Below are positions 12,760-27,150 of a stretch of 64,000 nucleotides of DNA, in pieces. The DNA is from the human T2T-CHM13v2.0 reference genome, Homo sapiens. How positions within the stretch are numbered: position 1 is the stretch's first letter; each line of letters begins with the position of its first letter. The notes beneath the pieces were generated by a model. The model made no database searches. It was not told where the DNA came from and saw nothing but the letters and a program-made list of their open reading frames with translations. Position numbers and translations under genes: made by a program. The DNA is taken from NCBI RefSeq assembly GCF_009914755.1, contig NC_060930.1; one strand, 5' to 3'.

Positions 12760-15085
12760 TGACTATGTTATTTCTTAAAATCCATGGAGGACATACACGT
12801 TCTCATGAAAGAATGAAAGAAAGAGGAAAAGGAGCAAATGAGGAAAGAAAAAGAAAAGAAAGGAAAACAAAAGATCCTACTTAGGTTGTCTGGATATAGG
12901 ATTTCCATGTCTATACCCGGTGAGATCTCTAAAACATCATCTCTAGGAAGTGACTAATGTGGTCTTGACAATAGATTGAGACGCTTGTGTATAATTTCCC
13001 CAACTTCCTGGTTATTCACTTTATGTATCATTATTATTAACACAGTTTAAAAATAAGCAAAATAACATTCCTTACTTAATTTGTCCTTCCTTTGTTTTTC
13101 ACCTTACAGCTAGCAGCTGCCTCATCCCATGTGGCACATTTCACACATATCTGTCTTAGTTAAAGCATACATCAGCCTTTAGGTTCTTCTATAATATTTG
13201 AGTGGCTACTAAATCTGATTTCCACTAATTATTTTATGCTAGCAGTAAAGCTACATGTCCGAGGCTACATGTGCAACTCAAAGGACTTTTAGGGTGCTTA
13301 TTTATTCTAGTTGGGCCTTACTATTTAAGGCAGAGGTAAAAGATCCTCAAAATCGTGCACAATACTCTCATTTTCCAGTTGACTGAGAAATTACAATATT
13401 AAAATTTAAGTAAGAGGGTTTAGAGGCCAGTTTTCTGTCCTAAGAAAGGATCTATGACCCAAACTCAGACAGTCTTGCTTCCTTAGGGATCAAGAGAGCT
13501 AATAATGGGAGCCCTAACTATCTGTGGCCTTAGATTGGCAGAACATGACAAGAGTAACCCACAAGCTCAGGCCAAAGGTTGCCCTGTCCAGCTGGCCTGG
13601 AGTTGAAATGGGGGAACCAGGAGAAGATTGTGCAATAATTCAAATGAAGCTGAACTACGGAATTTAGATTATGTTCTTATAGTTTGCTAAAAATTTTTTA
13701 TATAATCTCTTCCTTTATGTGAAGGTAAAATAATTTGTCAATTAAAGCAGATGGTAGTAGATGCTTTTGGGAAGGTTTCCTCTAGACAAAAGGAAATGGA
13801 AAAAGCCATGAATTTCAGGAGGGGGCTTGTCACTGAGGTAGTCAGGCCCAGCAGGAATAATCAAAATTCACCTAAGAGAGTGTAAATGAAGAGAAAGAAG
13901 AGAATTAGAGTTTACCGAATTGTGGGCAGGTTAAGGGAGCAAGGAATGGAGAGGCCATAAAAGCTAGAAACAGTAAAATTTGCAAAGATCTGCTCCCTCT
14001 AGGGCCCAAGGGGATAAAGAAAGCCTGTTACACAAAGCCAGGGAAAGCTGGAACTGTGGAGGAGGGGAGCTTGCCGGCGGGAGCTGCCATCTTGGGAGTC
14101 ATGGCTTCTGCCTGAACAGCCGTGCTGAGGCAGAGAGGAAGTGGAGCAGAATGGCCCCAACTTTCCCTTCTCCTATTACTTTCCCTGAAATGCAAGGGAG
14201 CTTGTGTGCTGTAGCCTTTGGGCATCAGTCTCTTGAGGCAGGGGCAGATTCTGGATCTGGGGGGACAGGTGCAGAGTCACCAGCACACCCTCGTTCTCAG
14301 GGTGCTCAAGCAGTGGTAGGAAAGACCAGCTGGCTCTTGATCTGGGGACTATTCAGTGGTCCAGCAGATGTGCGAAGTGATACCTGATTCACTTTCTTTC
14401 TCAGACAGTCCAAGGTCAAGGACTCTTTCAAATAATCAAGTTGCCTTTACCAAATTTCAAAGGCTCATTGAAAAATGTTAATTTACCAACTAGGATGGTT
14501 TTAAATCCTAAAATAAAAGCACAGTCAGCTTTTGTTAGAAAATTATTAAATACGACACCAGAAATCCCTGTGGCTCATAGACTGAGCTAGAAATAGGCCA
14601 AAAGTTTAGGCTTACTTATATTCAGCTTCTTTCAATCATGTCTTCCTCATGGCCCCATTTCTCACTTTCTTTGTTGGTGGAGAGCAGCCCATCTCCCTTG
14701 CTTTCCTCTCCTCCTCTTTAAATAACCCTAATCCTCCTCAGCCTTCTTCAGGCAAAGTCTCTGAAAACAGCCAAAACCATACCAACACCCATTATCTCCT
14801 CCAACATCCTGAACTCAACTTTCCATTTCAAAAAGTTGAGTTCAACTCTTTGAAGTCATCTCTTGCAAGATAATTGTTCTTTGTTGAAATGGAAAGGTCT
14901 TTTTAGCTGTAACTATTCTAAGCCTTCATTTAGTGGTGACAACAAAATTTCGCATGGTCTCACTGGGGGCCATAGGTAGGAAACGGCATGGACATAAGTG
15001 CTTCTTACAAGGCATATTTCTGGAATAGCTAGTAGAAGACTGAACAGAGCTAACAAATGGAATTCTATCCATCTGGGGATTGAAG

Positions 15086-15130
15086 TTGCACTATCTAAAG
15101 AAAGATGATTGCACTATCTAAAGAAAGATG
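15086..15130. repeat. Tandem duplication, 23-bp period (ttgcactatctaaagaaagatg x2)
   Basis: Two identical 22-mers at 15086 and 15109. Confidence 0.9.
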
Positions 15131-15749
15131 GATTTCACTCCGCGTATCATAATTCCTCTATCATAATTTATAACAACTTGAGCAAAATGACATTTTCCCC
15201 TGTTCAATTGATGGAGCATATTTTCAGAGAATCAAAATAGATAAGGGTTTGTATTCAAAGGTGGGATCCATGTCAACTAGTCAATTTTGATAGGTTTCTC
15301 AATACAATTGTAGTGAATTAAATGTTAAATGAAAGAATCAAGAACGTTTCATATGTGGGGAACAAATTTCTTTAAAATTCTTTGTCCTTTTTTTTTTCTT
15401 ATGCTTCTAATAGCTCTGTAACTACTTCTATTTCCCCAGGAACATGCACATTTAGGTATTACTTCTTTAGCATTTACATACAAAATGGCTAGGATATGAT
15501 AAATCTACTTTTTGCCATTTTAAGAAATGTCCATGTATGTCTGTGTTCAGTCCCCATTTGTTCACCATGCACCTGGCAGCTGTGCAGTAAATGCTTGTTG
15601 AGTGAATGAATGAATTTCTCCTCCAAATGTGCTTACATTTAAGATAGCACAGCCTCTAGACCTAACTGATTGATCTGCCATGGGCATGACATGACACACT
15701 GCAATCTGTTCCTTGCAGTGGATGTAATTTCCTATAGTTAAGTCCTTTG

Positions 15750-15970
15750 GAGACAGCCTGAGGCAGCAGAAAGTCTGAGATCATCAGTATTTCAGTTCCA
15801 GCTCTACCTGGGTGACCTTGCCCAGATTATTTAACTCTAGGCTTTGGTTTCCCTTTCTGAAAAAATGGGGCTGCTCACCTTATTACCTTCTAGAATGGTT
15901 GTGAGGATCAACTAATATTTAATGCATTTAATGTTCAATATAAAGGCATAGAAATTGTTCTGTAACTATT
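15750..15970 (+). mobile_element. MIR relic
   Basis: gttccagctctacc...gtgaccttg...tttccctttctgaaaaaatgggg...ggttgtgaggat MIR core. Confidence 0.6.
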
Positions 15971-18900
15971 AGTTTCTTCTCTTCTTTTTGGACTTGTCTG
16001 TACCAGGGTTATTTGTTTTAACTGGTTCTCCTGAGTGAGCTGCCATTCTTTTTTTCTTTAGGGCACACAGCTTAGCAATGTTTAAGTTAGTAGTTCCTTG
16101 TCTTTCTTCCTTGGAAGACTTAACTCCCTGAGCACAGAAACTGGATTCACCTGATTTGTTGCTGAATCCTCAGTGCCTTCATAGAGCAGATGCTTAATCA
16201 ATATGTATTGGATGTGTCTTGGCATTACAGAAACACAGAATGCCAGAGCTGGGAAGGACTGTATCTAATTCTTAATTTTAAATTTGGGAAAACTGAGGCC
16301 TAGCGAAGAAGCAACTTGTTGAAAGCTGTTTACATAGAGCAAGGTGATGCACCATTAGTGCTCTAGTCACTCAACCACGCTTCTTGATGAGGATGATGAT
16401 GAAGAAGAAAATGATGCTGGAAAACTGTGGCGTTATTGCTGAAGCTCACACCTCTTTTGGGCCTGCAAACAAACTTATGCTGTCCATCTCTGCCTTTCCC
16501 TGGAATACCCGGGATAAAAGTCATCTCTGTTCAAGTTTATCAAATTTATCAAGAGTCTCATAGAAGATATCCCATTAGTATGTCTCCCTTTTTTCTCAGG
16601 AAAGTGCCATTGTCATCAAAAGGTCTTAATACCACTCCCCAGTCATCTTGGAGGGGAGAATGCAGGTGATGGATGGGGTAAGGTGGAGTGACCTCTCTTA
16701 AGCAAACTCAGGTTTGCTCCATGAGTGTGTGTGGCTGAGTCCATATGGACACCCAGACTATCAGATAGTCCTCAGAGACAGCCCATTAGGCCTCTCTTAT
16801 TACTTGGTTTGACATATGGCAATTATTCTCAATTTAAATACAATAATTTATAACTGATGTTTTAGTTTTTAACAGTTTTTATATAGTGTAGATAGAAATA
16901 GACCACGAAGCAAATAATGCAGATCCCTCATTAGCAAAGTCAACCTCAATAGAAGCCAGTCGTATGACATCCAGCTGTATCCCTGACACCTCCTTTGTTC
17001 CATTTGAGGGATCTGACAATGGGCCCTGGAAAAGGATGCCTCTTTGTGTAATATACACCAGCATGTGTGCAGGTGTTTCCCTCATGAATCAGAGGCAGAT
17101 GTCTGCTCAGGCAGAATATGTGGCAGCTTGACATATGTCTGGCCCCACCTAACAGGAAAACTGTGGCCCATAAATTGTACTAATAAAATACCATCACTGC
17201 AATTCTGACTGAGCCATGAAACCAACACCTTCATCCTTCAACACTAAGGAAGGCTATACCCCACAGAGTGTTTGTAACCCGTTCCAAACTTAGGATTGTG
17301 TGTTGAACTCCCACTCTGTCATGTGTTTTATGAGTCAAATTTTATGAGACAAATGATAATGAAATTCGACTCCAAGTGCTCTTATTTGTAAAATGTGAGC
17401 AGTAGAACCCATTTAGCAAATATTTTACAACTCTGCTATGTGTCAAACACCTAAAAAGCCTCAGAAGAATGGATCTTTAGGCTAAAATCCAAGTATTTCA
17501 GAGTGGCAGTCGGCTCAGGGACACTGGTAACAAGGCCATTTCCAAATAGTTCATTAATAAACAAATACACCAAGCACCAACTGCTTACAGAAAGCAAGGC
17601 AGATGAATTACCATCCTGAACACTCAGCTCCTTAATTTGGGGAGCTTATTTAAAAAACAGATTTTGCAACAAGTGGTAAATATACAGGAATATAATTTTA
17701 ACTACAGTATCACAAACCATTCATAAGCTACTTCTATTCCTTTTAAAGCATGAATGGTATTCAAAATTGCTACAGAATTTCCATCCTTTTCATGTTATTT
17801 AAGGGTATTTTGTATTATTTCTTCCCCTAATTTCCCTTCCCTAAGATTTCATTTTTAGATTTTTGTGAAATACTATTTAATGTAAATATGTATTTTCTTT
17901 AACTTTTCATTTATAAATAGCATAATGTGTACATTTCTTTTGAGTAAAAATTTTGGAGGATAGTTTCAGAATTGCTTTACAATATACCATCATTTTGTAG
18001 CTTTGAAATTTTGCCCCCAGATAACTGTTGTGATCGAGATAGCTATTCTGTTACAGCACGTTTCTAAAAGTGAAGGTAAAGAACACAAACTAAAGTGAAA
18101 AGAAAATGACTGCAAAGGGAATGGCAATGTCTGGGGTGCAACAAATCTAGTATTCACACTGCCATTTTAATGACAACAAAATAATACACATTTATGAAAG
18201 GAAATGAATGGGGAAGGCTGAGAGTATTTGATTTAAAGCAATTCTGTTATCTGTCATTTGAAGAAAAAAATTGTGCTGATTTTAAAACAATACTTTCATT
18301 ACAGATGTTTCCAGACCCCTTCCCTGATCCAAGGAAACAAAATACCATTCAGCAACAGCCCAGATTTAGAGATGGGACTTGTTCCAATATAAACATTTCT
18401 TAGCTAGACCTTCTCCATGAAAGTGCATAGTCAATTTTTCCATATACAGTGGGAAAGACAAAGCTTTTAGCTTAAAAGGCATTCTCACTCGCAGCACGGA
18501 GCTCCTGGAATGAGCAGCCAGGGACACCGTGGTTGACTATTGATGTCACGCCAAATGCTATCTTGACTTGTTCTTCAGAATTACACAACAGAATCGTATC
18601 AGAGCATACACATACCATGAGCAGAAAAGTAGGCACTGTTTTGGATTTCAGTATTTGGTATGGTCATTTATTCATTTTGTCTCTGCTTCATGTACCACTG
18701 GCTATCCAGGGCCCAGCCCAGGGGCTGGCACAAAATGCGTTTTCAACAAATAATTGTGGAATGCATAAACAATTTTTTTTGAGCACGAATTTTAAAAGGA
18801 ACTTGCACAGGCAATTTGGGGAATCAGAAGATGAATCATGGACCCTTCTGGCCTTCAGGGGTTCAATGGGGGAAATTTAAGCTGTATCTGTAACTTACTA

Positions 18901-20285
18901 GAATATCTGGAAGAAAGTGCTAAGAGCTATAATATCATGAGAGGTACAAAGAAATGCTGAGTGAGCTAAGAAGAGCAAGAGATTACTTTTAACATAGGGA
19001 AGAGCGGGAATCAAAAATGGTTCTTTGGTAGATGTGCGGTTTGTGGAGGATTTTCTGAAAGGAGGAAAGCTGAGGCTGAAAGAAAGCATAGGGCAATTTT
19101 TAGTTTACTCCTCATAAGGTAGAGAGGCTAAACTTATATTCTGTCTGTTGTTTCATTGCTTCAAGCAGGCATCTTTCACTCCTGGTAATCTCTCTCAATA
19201 AAAACACCAATGAATTTACTTTTTTTCTACTTGCTGGGAATTTCTTTGGAAGGATTAGTTTAATATCAGCAATTAAATTTTGTGACATCTTCAGCAACCT
19301 TCTGGCTTACAGTATACTCACATGGACACGCCACCCTCTCTCCACACATTGTAGATAATATTGGAGGCTTGCCCTAGTTCCTGAAATAAGTGTTAGGCAC
19401 ATCTGGAAGCCTTGTTAATCCTTTGGGGCCACCAGGATCCCATGAGTCACTCTCATGTGGCTTGAAAGTTAGGAATCTTGGAAGCAGTAATAATTTTCAA
19501 GTTATAACTTATACATAGGAAGAACGTCATTCAACTATAAAAACAAATTTTTTTTTTTATTTTTCATTCTGCCGTTTGATGCATTTTACCCAAAATGAGC
19601 TAAGCAAGATAATAAGAGGAACACTTGGTTTTGTGATTCTCTGAGTAACTGCGAGACTGGTTTAATGAACTTAGAACCTATCAAGAATGAAAACAAGAAC
19701 CTGGTGCACCTGGTTTTTCAATACTCTACTGTCATCGGTATATGACAGTAGGTTTATGTCATAGGTTTATGACAGCTACTCAGTGACTAGCTGAGATATA
19801 GCACATAAAGTATTCTTATAAAGCTTTGACTACATTTTAGTATATTTTTTCTTTTTTGAAATTTGTTAATTTCTGGATGATTTGAACTAACTCAAAGGAA
19901 ATTCATGCTGATTCATGACTTTGAGGAGAAAGCGCATTTTCTAGATAAACATGAGCTTGTGTTAGCAGATTAAAAAAAAAAAGAGATTGTAATCAAAAGA
20001 AAACCAACGTAGTTTAGATAATCTCAGATGAAGATCTAATGTCATAACTAAAAAACAGATCCAACACGTAGCTTTCAACATAACTGAATGGAAGAGAAGA
20101 CAAAAAATGTGCTAAGAAAAAAATAACAGAATGCTTATTTCCACCGAACACTTTGATATACTGCATGTCCAAAAACATAGGGCACAGGAAAAATGTGCTT
20201 CATCTGCCAAAGTAACCACAAATACTGTTTGAGACCAGGAAGAGCCCAGCCCTTTAATAAAAACCTAGAAGTTTGGAGAACCTTA

Positions 20286-20337
20286 CAAATATCTTTGGAT
20301 ATCCAAATATCTTCGGATATCCAAATATCTTCGGATA
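20286..20337. repeat. 18-bp tandem repeat caaatatcttcggatatc, about 3 copies
   Basis: Direct read; includes the perfect palindrome tttggatatccaaa at 20294-20307. Confidence 0.9.
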
Positions 20338-23300
20338 ATACTCATAAAGATGATTACTCTGACCTTACACAGACATCAGCTTCATCTTAAATACAGTATT
20401 ATTCTCACCATACTGAGGATCCTCCTGACATCAAAGACTAGGGTGAGAATGAGGCGTGAAAGTGCCCACCATTTTGAAAATGGACCATGGAATGGGCAGG
20501 GTTAGAACTGTCCTGCCTCCCAAAAACCTTCCTATTTTGCAGACCATGTGGGGCTGCCCCAAACCCCTGAAATACCCCTTTTTCCTTGTCCTCTATTAGG
20601 TTCAGGGCATATCTCAGCAGATGCTGTTCATAGCAAAGTCCCTGGATTATATCATAAAGTTCTGTAGTTCTGCTGGGAATTGGCAGATTTTCTCGAGAAA
20701 CAGGTATTATATATATTTTTTTGCTGTTAGAAGACTAGGGTGATTTCCCTGTGACATTAACAGTAGAAAAATTCTACATATAAAAATGGAGCTGCTGAAA
20801 CTCAGAATTGTTATAAATCAGGTTGACAAGGTCATGGAGGGGTACAAGTGCCAGAGTGGACCACTTTGGTGCTATCAACGTTTCATTTTCTTCATTAATT
20901 TCTCACATTTCAATTGTTTTGGTACATGATAGGGAAGTTTCTTAAGGTCATGTGGAAACCTGACCGATCACTGTGTACAGGAGGAATACCAGACATGATA
21001 TGGTCTAGGAATTTTAAAAATTAATTCTTAAACTTTTAAAACAAAAATGTTATTGTTCATTTTTGAAATAGATCTTTCTTTCTTCCTTTTAAGATCAAGG
21101 ATGTTTTGTTTATTTTTATGTGACCACCAGAAAACTCTAGCCGGAAATTCTGAAATTTTAATGCACTTGAATGCTTACTTTCTAAGTATAGGTGCTGAGA
21201 GCATGGTTTAAGGGGTTGATAGCATATGGGGCCAAGGCAAAAAATGCTTGAAATGAAAGAAATGGGATGCATGATTTGGTTATAAATTAAATTCAAAATT
21301 GAGATAAATATAATGACCAAAGGCGAAGAGAACTTTCAACGTTTTAGCAATTGAATTACTTAGTTCCAGGACACAGATGACTACATAAGTTATAAGGCGA
21401 AGGTAAACATGGATATATTCTTGTCTGATCCAGCTCACTTAATGTCTCAACACCCCCGTGACGGCGTCCCTGCTCTGTGATGCAGTAGAGAAAGACAACT
21501 GACCTCAGAGCCAGGAAACTTGGTTGTGGTTCCAGTTCTAGAAACCCTGTGTGGGAACTTGGGGAAGTGACTCAACTTCTAGCTCTGGTTTCTTCCTCTT
21601 CAATGATGTTAGCAGCATGATGATTTCCAGGCTCTTCACATTCTAACAGTCTAGAACTCTGTGAAACTTCCTGCTGTCTCAACAAGTTTCCACGCTAGGA
21701 GACTTTGGGCTTATCATTTAACATTTCCATGCTTTCATAAATTAGATGAATAACCTCCAGACTGCCTGGTTTGTAAGATGGTTGTGAAGATTAAAGGTGG
21801 AAATATATAGGAAAACACTTTGTAAATCATGAAAGCTTAATAAGTATCAACACTATTTTCTACCTGAGTCAGTAGTCATTGGAAATTCCAATATTTGGCA
21901 GTTGTGAATAACTGCCAATTTAACAGTTGCTCAATATCAACAGCTTTTTAAAAGCTGAGGTCTTCAAGCTACAGGTAGAAGGAGATAAAAGAAGCTTTCC
22001 TAATTCATTAGAACATCAGTTCTCCCCAGGTATACTGCAGATATGTTATAAGGCAAATTAAAACAAGCTGCAGTTTGCCTTCATGACACTATGAAATGCT
22101 TAGGTTGCTGCTTTTTTAATTCGCATGGAAAACTAAAGTTTTTGATGCTTATTTTCTTGATTTTTATAGACATAATGTTCATCATGGAAGTACTTTTCCC
22201 CTTTGGAGATCACTGGAAACAGCTTCTGGACCACAAATGGGGTGAACTACTGTATCGAGAAAGGAGAGAGTAAGACTTGAGAGCTATCTTTTTAGCTCAG
22301 GGTGCAGGTAAGAAACTGTGGTTTATGTTTCAGAATAAGATGATATTCATTGCGATGGAATAATTGGTTTAGAAGAATAAAAACTGAATGAACATCTGGT
22401 CCTTCCTATGAAGATCAAATGATAGTGGTTATCTGGTCTACCCACTACCATCCTATCCTCTCTCCGAAGCTCCTTTGTTGTTGTCCTCAGTACTCCCAGG
22501 TTAATGACCGAGACAAAAGTGGAATTTCCTAATTTCCTTGAAAAGGGCCAAAAATACCGTCAGACAGGGAACAGGAAGCATAAAAATATCTCTCAGGAGA
22601 GCACCAATTGTTTAAAGATTTCTAGCTCATGTTTGGAGCTATTACAGGGGTGCTCTGAGCATCAGCTGCTCAATGCAACCAGTGACAAGTACTGGCCCAA
22701 GGCAGACGTGTGTACTGCTGGGAAACTGCCTAGGAGGCACTGATTTGAATAAGATTTTGAGTAACATTTTGGAGACTAGTCTTGATGTAGAATATCAGCT
22801 TGGGAGGCCCCAGCATAGTGGTTCTCAAATATTTTAGAGCAGAGAATCCCTTTTTTAAAAACCAGTAAAATTTCATGTGAAATTCATCTATAAAACAGAT
22901 AAAAAAGAGGCTGCTGTGATTGAAGGAGGTAGGGAGCAACCTCCCGCTGCTCTGGAGGACTTGAACCCTCAGGCATTTCCATGGAGCCTCAGTCTGAGAG
23001 CCACTGATTTAGTAGGTTTTATGTTGAAAGGTCTCTGCAGAGACTTCTCTCCCATGATTTAATACATTTCTACACACATCAGCAGCAACTTTGACTTCTC
23101 CTTCATCCTTACTCTTCAAACATATGACAAACCATCTTGACAGAACCTTGGCGATGATCCCAGCATCTGTTCTCTCCTTTCCAGACCACAGCTAGCATCC
23201 AAATCCAGGCCTCCTTAGGCCCTCCTGGATGGTTACCAATGCACGACATGGGTTATCCTGATTCCAGGCTCTCTGCCACCTATTGCCCAATCTAGCCAGG

Positions 23301-23799
23301 AGACTGTTTCCCGATTAATGTTGACAAATCATGATTCTCACTGTGTTTCTCTTTCTTCTGCTATGAAGTCTTTGATGGATCCCTGTGGTTCAGCCCAACA
23401 AACTGAGACTACTTCCCTTTCCAGAAGAAACTCTGTGTCTTTTTATTTACTCATCCTGTCCCCTCAGCTTGTATTCTTTTCCTCAATCTCAAAGATTCAA
23501 CTCAAATGCCACCTTGCCCATGAAGTCACCTGGGAATGTTCCACCAGGAGTGAATGTTCCTTCTATATCCTTGAAGAGTTTTTGTAACATAAGAAATTAG
23601 TTGTATTGCATTATTAGTGTGCTTGTTTCGTCTGTGTTTTACTCATCTTTGTAGGATACTTGGCACTTGCTGAGGTAGTGTGCACCTTTTTGCTAAAAAA
23701 GAGAGTGAAGATATTGATACTGATCAATCGAGTGTCCCTGGATACCTAAGAAATACAATGTGGCAGTACAGAGCCTGACACACTATTTTCCATATTTCA

Positions 23800-24141
<342 letters not shown>

Positions 24142-24311
24142 TTATTAAAAATGTATAATTAAAATGAAGTGCTAAATATGGCTTTTGCTTAAAGTTAAAA
24201 CAGGGCAATTACACGCACTATCTTATTTTCTCAGAAGATTTCTTTTGTGGTTATAAATTACTTTGCCTTATTAAGAAATGAGTTACTACTTAATACATTT
24301 CACTTCGTAGG

Positions 24312-24830
<519 letters not shown>

Positions 24831-25172
24831 AAGGAAAAACATTTTAAAACATGAGGCTAGAGGAGGAGGAGAAATAGCAAAGAGATGCCTGCACATTAAA
24901 AGTTGGGGTAACATTATTCTCACACATTCCCCCATTCAGGTTACAATGCATTTCACAAGTGACTGCTGCTACAGTCCTTCTCTTAGTTCAGAAGGCCGGA
25001 AGACTACCTGGGTCTGTTCCAGATCAAGTCACTACTACCTTGAATGGTACCTTTCAGCACTACACTTGTATTCCTTGGGGTGCTGAATGAATAACTCACT
25101 ATTTCAGACAAATTGTTTTATATAGTGCTTAAAGGAGTTAGCAGCCTATGTTTCTTTAAGTCTGACTTTTGA

Positions 25173-25463
25173 GGCCGGGTGCGGTGGCTCATGCCTGTAA
25201 TCTCAGCACTTTGGGAGGCCGAGGCGGGCGGATCACGAGGTCATGAGATTGAGAACACCCTGGCTAACACAGTGAAACCCCGTCTCTACTAAAAACACAA
25301 AAAAATTAGGCAGGCATGGTGGCGGGCACCTGTAGTCCCGGGAGGCTGAGGCAGGAGGATGGCGTGAACCCGGGAGGCGGAGCTTGCAGTGAGCCTAGGT
25401 CGCGCCACTGCACCCCAGCCTGGGCGACAGAGCGAGACTCTGTCTCAAAAAAACAAAAAAAAA
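25173..25463 (+). mobile_element. AluY-type element with a small internal deletion
   Basis: Diagnostic ggcgtgaacccgggaggcggagcttgcagtgagc; CpG-rich; perfect TSD aagtctgacttttga. Confidence 0.93.
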
Positions 25464-25617
25464 GTCTGACTTTTGAATCCTTTTCATTGTTAAATTTCCT
25501 TTCTTTTTCTATTGTCATTTGTAAAGAAACATTTTAAAAGGTAAACTGTTTCTAAACCTTCGTTAGTTGTCCTGATTGACATACTCTGTCTAATCATTTC
25601 TCCTGAGGTCATTTTTT

Positions 25618-26358
25618 TGTTTAATTGTTTTATTTTTAATCTTTGTATTTTTTTTAAAATTGTTGTGGGTAAATAGTAGGTGTATATATTTATGTGGTAT
25701 GTGAGATGTTTTGATACAGGTATGCAATGGGAAATAAGCACACCATAGAGAATGGTGTATCCATCCCCTCATTTATCCTTTGAGTCACAAACAATCCAAT
25801 TACATCAAGTTATTTTAAAATGTACAATTAAGTTATTATTGACTATAGTCATCCCATTGTGCTATCAAATAGTAGGTCTTACTCATGCTTTCTATTTTTT
25901 GTGTGCCCATTAACAATTCCCACCTCTCCACCAACCCCCTACTACCCTTCCCAGCTTCTGGTAGCCATCTTTCTATTCTCTATGTCCATGAGTTCAATTG
26001 ACTTGATTTTTAGATCCCACAAATAAGTGAGAACATGCGACATTCATCTTTCTGTGCCTGGCTTATTTAACTTAACATAAAGTTTCATCCATGTTTTTGC
26101 AGATGGCTGGATCTCATTTTTTTATGGTTAAATAGTACTCTATTGTGTATATGTACCACATTTTCTTTATCCATTCATCTGTTGATGGACACTTAGGTTG
26201 CCTCCAAATCTTTGCTATTGTAAACAGTGCTGTGACAAATATAGGAGTGCAGATATTTCTTCTATATACTGATTTTCTTTTTTTCAGGTTATATACCCAG
26301 CAGTGGAATTGCTGGATCATATTGTAGCTCAATTTTTATTTTTTATTTTTTTTAGGAA
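25618..26358 (-). mobile_element. L1 3' fragment (L1MA-type)
   Basis: Reverse L1 3' UTR and ORF2 tail (track ORF 26114-26332 ALFTIAKIWRQPKCPSTDEWIKKMWYIYT); TSD ctgaggtcat(t/g)tttt at 25603 and 26359. Confidence 0.9.
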
Positions 26359-26485
26359 CTGAGGTCATGTTTTTACTACTGTGTCAGCTCTTTCCATATC
26401 CTTTTCAAGATCTTTTAAGTTGTAGGTCCACAAAGTAGACTCAGGACTCTATTGAAAAACCAATGCTCAGCATAGCTGGAGTCAC

Positions 26486-26686
26486 ATGAATATATATATA
26501 TATATGAATATATATATGAATATATAGGAATATATATATGAATATATATATGAATATATATGAATATATAGGAATATATATGAATATATATATGAATATA
26601 TATGAATATATATGAATATATATGAATATATATGATATATATGAATGTATATATATGATATATATATGAATGTGTATATATATACA
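26486..26686. repeat. AT-rich degenerate microsatellite (ATATATATGA)n-like
   Basis: About 200 nt of tatatatgaa / tatataggaa units. Confidence 0.95.
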
Positions 26687-26924
26687 CATTCAGAAATCTA
26701 ATCAACTGTTACTCCTCCTATGTTTAAGGGAAGGACTCCCCATTGTTACTGAGATGATACTTACTCTATAACTTAAAAACAAGGCCAAAGACCAAATATA
26801 CCACTAATTTAAATGTTCTTTACAGACTTGTCAACTGCTAAGACTACTGCAGTAGTACGGGAAACCTTTATTAGCTGGGGTATTGCTAAGGCACTCTGAG
26901 ACTTAGAAACAGATGTTAGAGGGT

Positions 26925-27150
26925 CATTATAATGTGAAGGTTAGGAGCTTGAGGTCAGATTTCCTAGCTATGACCATGAGTTACTTAACTGCTATCTGGC
27001 TCATTTTTGTCATCAGTAAAATGGGGTTAATATTAATGCCTTCCTCTTGGGGTTGTTATGAAGAATAAATGAATTTATAATACACATAAGTACTTAGAAC
27101 AGTACTTGCAACACAGCAAGTGCTAATCAAGTGCTTAGTAATTATAGCTA
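26925..27150 (+). mobile_element. MIR relic
   Basis: ttacttaact...tcatcagtaaaatgggg...ggttgttatgaagaataaatga...cttagaacagt MIR core. Confidence 0.65.

Noticed and set aside
26114-26332. ORF with similarity to the L1 ORF2 C-terminus
   Set aside because: Fragment of a dead, 5'-truncated L1; not a gene. The same applies to 32995-33318.
26415-26705. Ile/Tyr/His-rich ORFs
   Set aside because: Translation of the (TA)-rich microsatellite.
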